Virus record (IMG/VR): IMGVR_UViG_3300027747_004323
DNA length: 64,000 nucleotides
Direction: 5' to 3' (one strand)
DNA from: an uncultured virus (IMG/VR IMGVR_UViG_3300027747_004323)
Taxonomy: Duplodnaviria > Heunggongvirae > Uroviricota > Caudoviricetes
Part shown: positions 10,627 to 19,676 of the stretch, piece by piece
Layout: each line of letters opens with the position of its first letter
How positions within the stretch are numbered: the first letter of the stretch is position 1
Notes under the pieces: model-generated
What the model saw: the letters and a program-made list of their open reading frames with translations, nothing else
What the model was told of the DNA's origin: nothing
The model's database searches: none
Made by a program: the position numbers and the translations under genes

Positions 10627-11032
10627 GTCGTCTCCTCCACATGTAGTAAAGAGTCAAGGCGTGATCTTTGGGACATTCAGGCGGCATCGTGTTCTTCACG
10701 AAGATCTCCCAGGCTGCTGCAGCATAGGGACCGATGCCAGGAAGCTCGGAAGCATGCTTCCACGTTGGTCTCAGAAAATGTTTCGACATCTCAATGATGT
10801 TTCTAGCACGCCTATTTCTGAAGCCTAAAGGCGCGATGATCGACGACAGGACATCAAAATCTGCCGCTGCCATCGATGAGGCGTCTGGGTACTTCGAGAA
10901 GAGCTTGGGAATCACTTTCTCCACGGCTCGACGGGTGGTGCAGTTCAACAACATGCATGTGACGAGAATCTTGAACTCGTCGGGCCAGAGGTCTTCTTGG
11001 ATGAGACCGTAGGGCGACCTGGGAGGAATCAT
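10616..11032 (-). CDS. MBD4-like HhH-GPD DNA glycosylase
   Basis: PPRSPYGLIQE...LLNCT, HhH LPGIGPYA and PKDH (catalytic Asp) match the MBD4 catalytic domain. Confidence 0.8.
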   Translation of the reverse strand: MIPPRSPYGLIQEDLWPDEFKILVTCMLLNCTTRRAVEKVIPKLFSKYPDASSMAAADFDVLSSIIAPLGFRNRRARNIIEMSKHFLRPTWKHASELPGIGPYAAAAWEIFVKNTMPPECPKDHALTLYYMWRRRHGC

Positions 11033-11034
11033 GA

Positions 11035-12090
11035 TCAACTCCTGTTGAAGATCTTTGCGATTTTTTCGAGGTCTGCCTGGGTCTTCACGGGAACGTAGCG
11101 AGACGATCTCGGGACTGCGAGGAAGAGCGTCTTGAAATTTGACGTGAGTTCCTGGAGGAGCCGCTCGTATTGAACGAGGAGCTGGCCTGCGACGTTCTTC
11201 TTCACGCGATGCCACGACCATCTGATCGCATTGAAATCGATGTCGGTGTTGAACACCATGGAGTTGGTACTGAGCCAGCCGAACTCGTCGACGTTGGTCT
11301 CAGGCGAGAGCCTGAATTGCTCCACGATCTGCTCGAAACCGAGATGACTGCAGAGGACGCCTCCCGTGTCGTTCACGGTCCTCTCGACCACCTCACAAGT
11401 TACGGGCCTTCCTCCCACGATGTGCTGGCCTACGACTCCCGGATCCATCGTCGCATACACGTTGTCCACGTTGACGACGACGACTCTTTTCCCGCCTGAC
11501 GAGACGAAATCGTCGTACAAGCCGCTGTTCTTCAGGGCAGGGATCACGTCACCGTGACCGCAAGGATGCAAGTCAGGCTGGCCATCGACGAAGTGGAGTC
11601 GATTGTCAGGCGTGAGCCTGAAGGACTCGTATTGAGTGAAGACCTTGACGTGCTGTCCTCCGACTGCATTGAGGTGTGTCCGAATCTCGGCCTCGTTGCC
11701 GGGAGACGCCATGACCCACACGTTCTTCGCAGGTCCTGCCTGCAGCAGCTTCAGGCTCAAGAGGGACGTCGAAGTGCCTGGAAGTCGCAGGAAACCCTTG
11801 GATGTTCCGATTCGGGTACCACTGCCGCCCGCGAGGATGCAGTATGCCGTGGAACCGTCCTTGATGGCCTCGTTGCCTAGGCGATACGTGTCCTGGGACG
11901 CGTCCTCCAGTCTGCATGATGGCACGGAAGGGTCTGGGATGTCGACAGAATAATCGACGGGTTTGACGAGGAGGTTCATCAGGTCGTGCGTCCCGAGGCC
12001 ACCGAATCGATTTACCCTCTCAAGGGTCTCTAGAGGAAGACTCTCGAGTTGCTGCTGAAGTGTCACCAAGAAACCCGGAGTGCTTCTCAT
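11035..12090 (-). CDS. UDP-sugar pyrophosphorylase (UDPGP/UAP family)
   Basis: LAGGSGTRIG...KG, PCGHGD, NVDN, RYVPVK. Confidence 0.82.
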   Translation of the reverse strand: MRSTPGFLVTLQQQLESLPLETLERVNRFGGLGTHDLMNLLVKPVDYSVDIPDPSVPSCRLEDASQDTYRLGNEAIKDGSTAYCILAGGSGTRIGTSKGFLRLPGTSTSLLSLKLLQAGPAKNVWVMASPGNEAEIRTHLNAVGGQHVKVFTQYESFRLTPDNRLHFVDGQPDLHPCGHGDVIPALKNSGLYDDFVSSGGKRVVVVNVDNVYATMDPGVVGQHIVGGRPVTCEVVERTVNDTGGVLCSHLGFEQIVEQFRLSPETNVDEFGWLSTNSMVFNTDIDFNAIRWSWHRVKKNVAGQLLVQYERLLQELTSNFKTLFLAVPRSSRYVPVKTQADLEKIAKIFNRS

Positions 12091-12097
12091 GACCATG

Positions 12098-12127
12098 ATT
12101 ATAGGATGCCTCTTTCGATAAGTTCAA
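12098..12127 (-). promoter_or_regulatory. sigma70-like leaderless promoter
   Basis: TTGAAC-N18-TATAAT-N7-ATG(12090). Confidence 0.7.
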
Positions 12128-12135
12128 TCGTCTGT

Positions 12136-12726
12136 CTATCTTGTGATCTTGCGTGACTCAGACAGAGCCTCGCCGTGGAGCGACTCGAGCATCTCCCTGA
12201 AGTAGTCTCCGAAAGAAGACCCGAGGAGCACGTCGCGAGTTTCCCAGCTCGGAACTCCCTCGTGTGACGGCTTAAGCTTGCCGTGATAGGACGTCACCTT
12301 GAATGTCGTGACGAGCTTGCCGTTGCTCACACGGGTGAACACGGGAAACAGCTCGTCTGCCTTGATGCCCGTCTCCTCCCAGAGCTCACGAGCTGCGGCT
12401 TCGAGGGGATCCTCCCCGTGTTCGACGCCGCCGCCGGGCATGTTGAGGTCCGTCGCGTCGCCGAAGCGGGTGACAGCGAGGACCTTGTCGCCCTTCGTCA
12501 CATAGACGACTGCGGCCTTGGGAATCGAATCGAGACGCTGCTTTTCGGCCTGCGCTTCGGCCTCGACGTCACCGAGGAGCGACGTCCTGTTGCCTCTGAC
12601 TGCGGCGTCACCTCTCAGGTTGCCGGGTGCGGTTGCCCTCAGGGTGGAGGCCATGCTGTAATCGCCTCTCACCTCTGTGACGTGTTCAGATCGACTTGAG
12701 GTCCTCTTCGTCTTCAGCTTCTTCAC
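12136..12726 (-). CDS. NUDIX hydrolase with N-terminal extension
   Basis: Nudix box GGGVEHGEDPLEAAARELWEETG; start uncertain. Confidence 0.85.
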   Translation of the reverse strand: MKKLKTKRTSSRSEHVTEVRGDYSMASTLRATAPGNLRGDAAVRGNRTSLLGDVEAEAQAEKQRLDSIPKAAVVYVTKGDKVLAVTRFGDATDLNMPGGGVEHGEDPLEAAARELWEETGIKADELFPVFTRVSNGKLVTTFKVTSYHGKLKPSHEGVPSWETRDVLLGSSFGDYFREMLESLHGEALSESRKITR

Positions 12727-13102
12727 GCTTTCGAATCTCCTTCTCGATCGTCCTGATCTCTGGCGAGAACTTTGCAGACAGTGCCTTCTTCGTCAACGAC
12801 TTTGCCTTTTCGATGTCTCCCTTTGCACGGGCAGCGATCTTGGGCATCTTGATCCGTGCGAATTTGACGATCTTTTCCTTGGTTTCGTCGGGAAAGTCTA
12901 TGTCGTAATACAGTTCCATGTCCTCGATCCACTCCGAAGAGAGGTCGTCTGCAGGACCCGTTCCAGTGAAGAAAGACTTCAGCTTGTCGAGGAAGCCTCG
13001 CTTCTTCGTCTTCTTCTCTTCGCTTTCTTTTTCGTTGCCACGCCAGTAGAACTCCTCGTTGAGGACGGACTTGACGTACTCTTTCAGCAGTCTGTCGTTC
13101 AT
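12686..13102 (-). CDS. hypothetical protein with LLKEYV leader
   Basis: MNDRLLKEYVKSVLNEE. Confidence 0.65.
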   Translation of the reverse strand: MNDRLLKEYVKSVLNEEFYWRGNEKESEEKKTKKRGFLDKLKSFFTGTGPADDLSSEWIEDMELYYDIDFPDETKEKIVKFARIKMPKIAARAKGDIEKAKSLTKKALSAKFSPEIRTIEKEIRKREEAEDEEDLKSI

Positions 13103-13103
13103 G

Positions 13104-13574
13104 TCAGGCCTTCTTCGCTTCCTTGAGCTTCTTTATGGTTCCGACGACGTCGATGACTTGACCGGCGGCTCGACGGGCATCGATCTCGAAGGGACTGTCA
13201 TAATAGGGATCGCTTCCAGGGCAACCCAGCTTTATCGCGATGTAGCTGAGAGCATACACGATGGGCTGGAACACACCGAGCCTCATGCACTGTTGGACGT
13301 GGCGTAGTTCATGGGTCACGAGGGCCGACTTCTCGTCGGGCGTCGCGTTGAGAACTACGACGTTTCCGATGGTGTGTCCTCCCCATGCCTTCCATGCGGA
13401 GTTGAGCCAAGCAGGCGACTTGTCACGGAGGACCTGCCACACCATTGCGTCGCCTATCACACCGTGCCACCTGTACCACCCGACCAGCGTGAACAAACCT
13501 GCATAGGCAAGACCAGGAAGCGTCACAGGAGATGCCCATGCATAACCCAAGATTTTTTTGACTTTGTCCCACAT
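13104..13574 (-). CDS. membrane-associated HExxH zinc metallopeptidase-like protein
   Basis: HELRHVQQ...FEIDAR; hydrophobic segments. Confidence 0.65.
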   Translation of the reverse strand: MWDKVKKILGYAWASPVTLPGLAYAGLFTLVGWYRWHGVIGDAMVWQVLRDKSPAWLNSAWKAWGGHTIGNVVVLNATPDEKSALVTHELRHVQQCMRLGVFQPIVYALSYIAIKLGCPGSDPYYDSPFEIDARRAAGQVIDVVGTIKKLKEAKKA

Positions 13575-13627
13575 GACAGTGTCCTCCGCGAGGCAAATAT
13601 GATCGAAGTGCCCTCAGGCGTTCTCAA

Positions 13628-13652
13628 TAACTATGCAGATTCCGCATATTTA
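13628..13652. promoter_or_regulatory. back-to-back ATAnTTA phage promoter motifs
   Basis: ATAGTTA (minus, 13628-13634) and ATATTTA (plus, 13646-13652) between divergent genes. Confidence 0.7.
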
Positions 13653-13657
13653 GAAGC

Positions 13658-14269
13658 ATGAAGATCACCGAGAGCAAACTCCGAGTCATCGTCAGAGAAG
13701 AGTATCTCAAGAATTCTGAGGCGGCAGGATTCACTCCCAACCTCACGGAGGGCATGAGATGGCACCTGACCGAATCAGTTCCGTTCGATAGACCAGTATA
13801 CCGTGCAGGAACGGAAAAGTACTTCACTTTGATCAGGGAGGCACGCAACCTCTACGGCTCCGGAGACTACACACCGATGAGCGACTTCGAGAGAGACCTG
13901 CTGGAATCTGACCTCGGTGAGTACGACATGTTCGAGGGTGCGATGGTTCCTCTCGACTTTCCGTTCCGCGAAGGTGACCTCACGGAGGCGAAATACAAGG
14001 GCAAGGAAGTCGAACTCGGCAAGCCGAAGCACGGCGAGGGCGGCAAGGCCTACGTCTACGTCAGGGACCCAAAGTCAGGCAACGTGAAGAAGGTGAAGTT
14101 CGGTTCGTCGATGCCCGATGCGATGGGCGACTCAGACGCCGCGAGGAAGAGGCGCAAGTCGTTCGGTGATCGTCACGACTGTGCCAACAAGAAGGACAGG
14201 ACGAAGCCGGGCTATTGGGCATGCAGGGCCACCAAGTTCTTCGGTAGGGACATACCCGGTTGGTGGTGA
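13658..14269 (+). CDS. leader-motif protein with conserved phage C-terminal domain (RRKSFxxRHxC...GYWAC)
   Basis: MKITESKLRVIVREE leader; basic Cys/His domain typical of large phages. Confidence 0.75.
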   Translation: MKITESKLRVIVREEYLKNSEAAGFTPNLTEGMRWHLTESVPFDRPVYRAGTEKYFTLIREARNLYGSGDYTPMSDFERDLLESDLGEYDMFEGAMVPLDFPFREGDLTEAKYKGKEVELGKPKHGEGGKAYVYVRDPKSGNVKKVKFGSSMPDAMGDSDAARKRRKSFGDRHDCANKKDRTKPGYWACRATKFFGRDIPGWW

Positions 14270-14541
14270 AGTTTCCGTTCGACGAAGAGACTCTCGAGAG
14301 CGGTTCGAGACTCCGAACTTTCTCAAGTGACTCTGCGCTAGAAGAACTGGTTTGGCACAGGGATGCCGACGACAGACTTGTGCGAGTCATCAAGTCGCAG
14401 GGCTGGTACATTCAGTTCGAAGATGAGCTGCCGAGAGAGATGCGGCCTGGTGACGTCTTCTTCATTCCGAAGGAGACGTGGCACCGTGTGATCCGCAAGA
14501 GTGACAGCCCACTCGTCGTCGAAATCGAAAGTCAGTCGTAA
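14260..14541 (+). CDS. small cupin-like phage protein
   Basis: ELVWHRD...IPKETWHRVI. Confidence 0.7.
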   Translation: MVVKFPFDEETLESGSRLRTFSSDSALEELVWHRDADDRLVRVIKSQGWYIQFEDELPREMRPGDVFFIPKETWHRVIRKSDSPLVVEIESQS

Positions 14542-15209
14542 TACGACGTCGCCGGTCGGCGCTTCTGCGGAGCGATCTTTCTCGCGCCGTGGTCGAACAT
14601 CCACTGCGCGAGCTCGGGAAGGCCTGCCACGCCCGTTCCCCTGAGGTCAGTCGCCATGATGACGCCTGTGATTCCGCGACCTGCGGGGTCGTAGTTGAAT
14701 GCGATGCTGTCCTTGCGGAGTCGAATGGAGAACGCCTTCACGGAGTTGAGAGACGGCGTGCCGTAGGTGGTCACTCTGCCCAGCATCTTGAGGATCTTCT
14801 CGTCCTTCTTCGTGAGATTCTCTCCACCGTCGACCTGCTTGATCTTCGCGAGAGCGGCCTTATGAGCCCATGCAGTGCCACCGGCACGAGAATCGTACTC
14901 AGGGACGCGGACGAGCTCGCCAGGAGCGAAGGTGGACGTCATGTCTGCGGCCCAGATCCACACTCCCGGACTACCTGGCTTGGGTCCTGCGCCGGGCTCC
15001 CACGACATGTCGTCTGGAAAGTCTGCGAGGTCTCCTGCGTCTTCGATCTCGTCGAAGAAGACTTCTTCACCGCCGTACTCGGGTTCTTCGACCGAGACGT
15101 ACACGTCGCCTTCTTGAGGCATGGCACCAGGGTTTCCCGCTGTGGCTTCGGTTACGCGAGCGACTTCTTCTTTGATGATGCGTCGAAGGTGATCGATGGA
15201 GATTCTCAT
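14532..15209 (-). CDS. leader-motif hypothetical protein
   Basis: MRISIDHLRRIIKEEV; ATAGTTA motif 6 nt upstream. Confidence 0.7.
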   Translation of the reverse strand: MRISIDHLRRIIKEEVARVTEATAGNPGAMPQEGDVYVSVEEPEYGGEEVFFDEIEDAGDLADFPDDMSWEPGAGPKPGSPGVWIWAADMTSTFAPGELVRVPEYDSRAGGTAWAHKAALAKIKQVDGGENLTKKDEKILKMLGRVTTYGTPSLNSVKAFSIRLRKDSIAFNYDPAGRGITGVIMATDLRGTGVAGLPELAQWMFDHGARKIAPQKRRPATSYYD

Positions 15210-15221
15210 GGCGTTTAACTA

Positions 15222-16058
15222 TCACACTCCCCACAGCTTGTCGAAGGTGCCCACGAACTTTTGCCATGTACCGTCCTTCACGATCGACGCGAACTCGAAC
15301 TGGGAGAACCTCGACTTGACGGTGTCCCAGTCCTTGGCGGGAGTCGACGACGTCATGTCTGCGGCCTCGTCGCGAGACCACTCGACGAACTGAATGAGGT
15401 CCATGTTCCTCGTGAAGATCGCCTCGCGGTCACCTTGCAGGAGGTAGTCCTTGAACTCGTCGGTTCCCACGGCCTCCGCGAGCTTGGCGGCCGTCTTGTC
15501 ACCACAGCCAGGAATGCCTGGGATGTTGTCGGTGGCGTCGCCGCGGAGGGCCTTCCACACGACGTAGGGATAGTTCTCGGGTGCCTTGACGAACTCCTTG
15601 CGGACAGGATTGTAGAGACGCATGTTGGGATTCGTCTCGAGCAGTTGGATGAAGTCTGAATCGGAGGACGCCACGACCCAGTCGATGGCCGACGACGACG
15701 AGCGGACGAGGTTTGCGATCGTGTCGTCGGCCTCGTGTCGGGGATGCCGCACGACGGAGACGGGGAAGTGATTGACCAGAAGCTCCTTGATGATGTCGAC
15801 CTGTCGAAAGAATTTCGCCATCTCGGCGGCACGTGGGTCGTCCGCTGCCACCACACGGTTCGCCTTGTACTCGCCCATCAGTTCGTGACGTGCCTGTGGC
15901 CGGCCTTCGAGGGCGACGTAGACGCGTGTCGGCTTGAACTGTTCGACGAGAGCACGAAATCCGCGAAAGAAGTTGAAGACGACGGGATGATCCCCTGCGA
16001 GGAAGCCGCTGCGTGCACGATGTGCTGCGTTCATGAAGTCGAGGGCGAGGATTGTCAT
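15222..16058 (-). CDS. 5'-3' exonuclease / flap endonuclease (Pol I N-terminal type)
   Basis: YKANR, EADD, SSDSDF, GDATDNIPGIPGCGDKTA. Confidence 0.92.
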   Translation of the reverse strand: MTILALDFMNAAHRARSGFLAGDHPVVFNFFRGFRALVEQFKPTRVYVALEGRPQARHELMGEYKANRVVAADDPRAAEMAKFFRQVDIIKELLVNHFPVSVVRHPRHEADDTIANLVRSSSSAIDWVVASSDSDFIQLLETNPNMRLYNPVRKEFVKAPENYPYVVWKALRGDATDNIPGIPGCGDKTAAKLAEAVGTDEFKDYLLQGDREAIFTRNMDLIQFVEWSRDEAADMTSSTPAKDWDTVKSRFSQFEFASIVKDGTWQKFVGTFDKLWGV

Positions 16059-16130
16059 GAGTCTACTATACCACCGATCCGGTTGACTTTGCAAAGTTGA
16101 CGGTCTACTTGTCCTGCGTAGGTCCAGAGA

Positions 16131-17132
16131 TCACAGTGTTTTCGATTGATTCTGGAACCAGACGCGGGCGTGATTCATGCATGCCTTGTACGCCTCTTTG
16201 GCGTCGAGCTTCGAGGCCTCGAGTTCCGCCGAAGTCTCCTTCAGCAGGTCGGAGTTGATCCACTTGAGAAATGCTCCCATGTCGCGCACGTCGTAGAGTG
16301 CACCCGACCCGACAGCAGCGGCATGTGCAGCTCCCTGCTCAAGCCTCGGTGTGGTGACCACGAGGTCCACGAACTCCACGAGAGCCTCCACAGACGTGGC
16401 GCTCACCTGCACAGGCTTCGTGCGTGCCACGGTGTTGTGCTTCTCGCCCTTCGCCTTGAACACGAGGTTCTTGAACGTGGAATACGAGTCGCCGCGCCCC
16501 ACGGGATACAGGACCAAACCCTCTCCCACACCTTCGACGCCGAATTCATCTGCAACCCACGGGTCCCTGTTCTCCACGTCGGACACCCTCACATTGATCT
16601 TGTCGACGACGTCTTGAAGACGTGACCCGGTCGACAGCCAGTCGACGGCATACTCTTCCCCGCCGTTGAACCACGGGATGACGCGGACTTCGGGGATGCC
16701 CTCCACGAGGGCGGTGAGGAACGCAGGATCGAAGCCGATGCCGTCGATCTCAGGTGCTCGCATGCCGAACACCGCGAAAACCTTTCCCGGAATCTTGCTG
16801 ACTGCGACGCCCTTCTGGATCCCGGGACCGCACCACTCCCCGAACACGACGATGGTGAAGTTACGCGCCAGACGAGCGAAGTCGGACTCGTGTCGTGCGA
16901 CCCAGCGGGCGAAACCTGCGTTGTCGTTGTCTGGGGTGATCACAGACGTGCGAGAGAGTGCCGTGACGGTGCCGTCCGGATCGATCCTCACACCTGCGTT
17001 CGTGCCGTGGAGCTTCACTTTCGCACGATACGTCACCGCGGAGGAGTCACCCAGGACGTGGGGAGACTTCTCGAGTTGACGTCTCAGCGAGTGGAAGTTC
17101 TCGATCTCGGTCCAGGAAATGTGTTCCTTCAT
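16131..17132 (-). CDS. RNA ligase (Rnl2 family)
   Basis: KLHGTN, FGEWCGPGIQK, GEGLV, FKAK. Confidence 0.85.
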   Translation of the reverse strand: MKEHISWTEIENFHSLRRQLEKSPHVLGDSSAVTYRAKVKLHGTNAGVRIDPDGTVTALSRTSVITPDNDNAGFARWVARHESDFARLARNFTIVVFGEWCGPGIQKGVAVSKIPGKVFAVFGMRAPEIDGIGFDPAFLTALVEGIPEVRVIPWFNGGEEYAVDWLSTGSRLQDVVDKINVRVSDVENRDPWVADEFGVEGVGEGLVLYPVGRGDSYSTFKNLVFKAKGEKHNTVARTKPVQVSATSVEALVEFVDLVVTTPRLEQGAAHAAAVGSGALYDVRDMGAFLKWINSDLLKETSAELEASKLDAKEAYKACMNHARVWFQNQSKTL

Positions 17133-17142
17133 GTCTCTGATC

Positions 17143-17316
17143 CTACTCCTCTGATACGACGATCTTCAGGTCTGCTTCGTCGGGCGCGCCCTTGTAGGGG
17201 CAGTTCCGACACCTGTGGTTGCAGCAATAACCCCTGCGGAGGAGGAAGTCGCGTGTGAGCACGACCTTGCCGTCCTCGAGGGTGTAGTCTATTTGGAGTT
17301 CAAGTCTTCCGCGCAT
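17143..17316 (-). CDS. small Cys-rich protein (RGYCCxxxCRNCPY, DUF5522-like)
   Basis: 57 aa ORF translated by hand (below the track cutoff): MRGRLELQIDYTLEDGKVVLTRDFLLRRGYCCNHRCRNCPY... Confidence 0.7.
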   Translation of the reverse strand: MRGRLELQIDYTLEDGKVVLTRDFLLRRGYCCNHRCRNCPYKGAPDEADLKIVVSEE

Positions 17317-17341
17317 GTGTCAAATATGCGCGTCTCTCCCG

Positions 17342-17527
17342 TCACGACGTGACTTCGTCGTCGTCGAAAGTGAAGACGTCACAGACGTCACCCATGATGG
17401 CGTTGACGACTTCCACCTCGACGGCCTCGGGCGTGGGGTTGTCCACGTGCTTGTGTGCGCGGTTCCACCCGCGGCGGAATCCCTCCTCGACTGCACGCTG
17501 CAAGATCACATACGACTTTGCCTTCAT
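17342..17527 (-). CDS. conserved phage hypothetical protein (RAVEEG...RAHKH)
   Basis: MKAKSYVILQRAVEEG; ATGA overlap with polX. Confidence 0.7.
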   Translation of the reverse strand: MKAKSYVILQRAVEEGFRRGWNRAHKHVDNPTPEAVEVEVVNAIMGDVCDVFTFDDDEVTS

Positions 17528-18111
17528 TGTGCCACCTTCACGTACTTCTTGATCACCCTGTGGTCGACACGTTCCTCGGGCGGAACGAAGTCCATCTCGA
17601 GGAGGTCGAAGAAGTCCTGCTCCTCGGGAATCCACAGCTGTTCGCCCGTGGGCATCGTCGGCATCGCGTCGGTCATGCGGCCGCCGCCCGACAGCTTCTT
17701 CCAACGCTTGAACATGCCGGGGATGAAGCCGTTGAAGGCGTTACCGTCGGGACCGACGCCGCTGCCCGTCCGCATCATGAAGAGGCCACCCCAGTTGTTG
17801 GGCGAAGCGAGGAAGAGGTCGAGGTTCATCTCCTCTGCGAGGCGGACCCGGATGTATCGGGCACCGGGCTTCGGTGACCACGGGATGACACCAGGAACGC
17901 CCGGTTTAATCGTTTGACCAACATCACCAAGCAATTTGACGAGTTTATCCTGGTTGGCCTGGATGCCCACGATCTCGATGTCACCCACCACCGGCTTTCG
18001 ACGTCGGATGGAGCCTGCGATCTCCGCACGGTCCATCGCAGGTGCGATGTGTTGCATCACCTTCGATGCGATGTCGATGGCTGAGGTGAGCTCGATCTTT
18101 CCGATTCCCAT
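17524..18111 (-). CDS. polX: minimal DNA polymerase X family protein
   Basis: AGSIRR...GDIEIV, DLF, RTGS, EEQDFF...PPEER. Confidence 0.85.
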   Translation of the reverse strand: MGIGKIELTSAIDIASKVMQHIAPAMDRAEIAGSIRRRKPVVGDIEIVGIQANQDKLVKLLGDVGQTIKPGVPGVIPWSPKPGARYIRVRLAEEMNLDLFLASPNNWGGLFMMRTGSGVGPDGNAFNGFIPGMFKRWKKLSGGGRMTDAMPTMPTGEQLWIPEEQDFFDLLEMDFVPPEERVDHRVIKKYVKVAQ

Positions 18112-18115
18112 GGTT

Positions 18116-18526
18116 CTAATCTACCACGAGAGGGTCCTTCTTTGCACGGCGTCGCGACTTGATTTCTTCAAGTCTGTCGAGCAGTTGACGTTCTTCGCGA
18201 TCGATCTCGGCGTCTTTCCATTCATCGACGAGATCACTTGTGAACCACGTGTTTCGTGGGCCGTACTTCGACTCGTATGCCGCGATCGCCTCGTCCCAGC
18301 AGGAGATCCACGTCACTCTGTTCCGCCTGCAACGTTCAAGCCACATGACGCCGTCAAGTCTATTGCGGTCGTAGAGCTCCTGTTGGAGGTTGTCGGTGAT
18401 CATGTTGATCCTTCCGGATCTCCTGATCCACTCGACGTCCCTGACCTCCTCGAAGGAAGGTGCTGCACGCATCTTCCTGTCCCATGCCTTGATCGTCTCC
18501 TCGGTCGTGGGGATCTTCGTCTGCAT
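18116..18526 (-). CDS. hypothetical protein
   Basis: 136 aa ORF in the operon. Confidence 0.6.
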   Translation of the reverse strand: MQTKIPTTEETIKAWDRKMRAAPSFEEVRDVEWIRRSGRINMITDNLQQELYDRNRLDGVMWLERCRRNRVTWISCWDEAIAAYESKYGPRNTWFTSDLVDEWKDAEIDREERQLLDRLEEIKSRRRAKKDPLVVD

Positions 18527-18537
18527 GTGTCACTCCG

Positions 18538-18963
18538 TCACATGTCGGGGAGCTTGATCTTCGCGACTGTTCCGTCGGGAAGCATCACGGTGGTCGTGTC
18601 AGGTGCCTGCTGAGAAGGCTCCGAGCGATGTGTGAAGTCAGGAAGGTCATCGATCGTCTGGGCAGAAGCTTGGTCCGTCCCGTACCATTCCTTCGACTTC
18701 GAGACGGCAGCATCGACGATCTTGTTGACCATCGTCGTCGCCCTCTTCACGAGGACGGACCGAGCCTTCTCTGCATTGTCGAAGATCTCGCCGTCGATCT
18801 CGTCGAGCATGACGGTCGTCGCCCCGCTCGAGCCCGCCTGAAGGACGTATCGTACGTCCTCACCCTGCAGTGTCTTCTTCGTGATCACTTCGACCACCTG
18901 CATGGGATACACCTGACTCTTCTTCGCGAGGACGACGAAGATGACCTGTCCTATCGTGTACAT
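18538..18963 (-). CDS. hypothetical protein
   Basis: 141 aa ORF with SD GGAGGAG. Confidence 0.65.
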   Translation of the reverse strand: MYTIGQVIFVVLAKKSQVYPMQVVEVITKKTLQGEDVRYVLQAGSSGATTVMLDEIDGEIFDNAEKARSVLVKRATTMVNKIVDAAVSKSKEWYGTDQASAQTIDDLPDFTHRSEPSQQAPDTTTVMLPDGTVAKIKLPDM

Positions 18964-18966
18964 GTC

Positions 18967-19308
18967 CTACTCCTCCTCGACGTCGTCGGATTCGTCCTCC
19001 GAGTCGTCTCCACGTGGGTCCGTAGTGATCTGAAACACAGAAAGTGCAGGAGTCCCCGCGTGTGCCACGACGTAGTCGGGAGCATCGTCACCCACTGGAA
19101 GACCTGCAGCCTCTGCTGCCGTGTGGATCTTCTTCCAGAGCATCGATTCGACGAGGGTGCGTCCCTCGAGCTCTGCGAGGGCCTGACTCAGCGTCTTCGA
19201 TGCGTCTGGTGGAAGGACGACGCTGAACATGTCCCTGAGGTGGAGAAGCTCGAACTTCGTGAGTCTGAGGTCGTACGTCTTTCGTTTCTTGATATCGTTC
19301 GTTTTCAA
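18967..19308 (-). CDS. hypothetical protein
   Basis: 113 aa, TTG start with SD AGGAGG; acidic tail. Confidence 0.6.
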   Translation of the reverse strand: MKTNDIKKRKTYDLRLTKFELLHLRDMFSVVLPPDASKTLSQALAELEGRTLVESMLWKKIHTAAEAAGLPVGDDAPDYVVAHAGTPALSVFQITTDPRGDDSEDESDDVEEE

Positions 19309-19356
19309 TGTAGTCCTCCTGTGCTGGGTTCGTCCGAGCTTCTCGCACCGTTCGTG

Positions 19357-19644
19357 TCACTGCGCGGGATCTGTCAGTGCCTCGATGAAGAGGTCGAAGG
19401 TGTCGCGGTGGACGACCTCACGCTGGATCTTCACGACCTTGAGCGCCGCCTGGAGGGTCTTGTAGTCGAGCTTCTCCTCGTACTCTTCGATGATCTCCTT
19501 GCGGTCAGTCTTGAGGAGCTCGATCTCGTTGTCGACCGACTCGATCTTGCCGACGAACTCCTTCACCAGAGATCGAAGTGCATTGATCTCGTCGGGTTGC
19601 ATCGTCGCCGTGTTGTAGTTCTTGGGTGCTTGCTTCTTAGGCAT
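19357..19644 (-). CDS. GapR/DUF2312- or T4 DsbA-like DNA-binding protein
   Basis: Coiled pattern LRSLVKEFVGKIESVDNEIELLKTDRKEI...DYKTLQAALK. Confidence 0.55.
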   Translation of the reverse strand: MPKKQAPKNYNTATMQPDEINALRSLVKEFVGKIESVDNEIELLKTDRKEIIEEYEEKLDYKTLQAALKVVKIQREVVHRDTFDLFIEALTDPAQ

Positions 19645-19676
19645 GCATCAATGATACACAACGACGAGGCCTTTGT

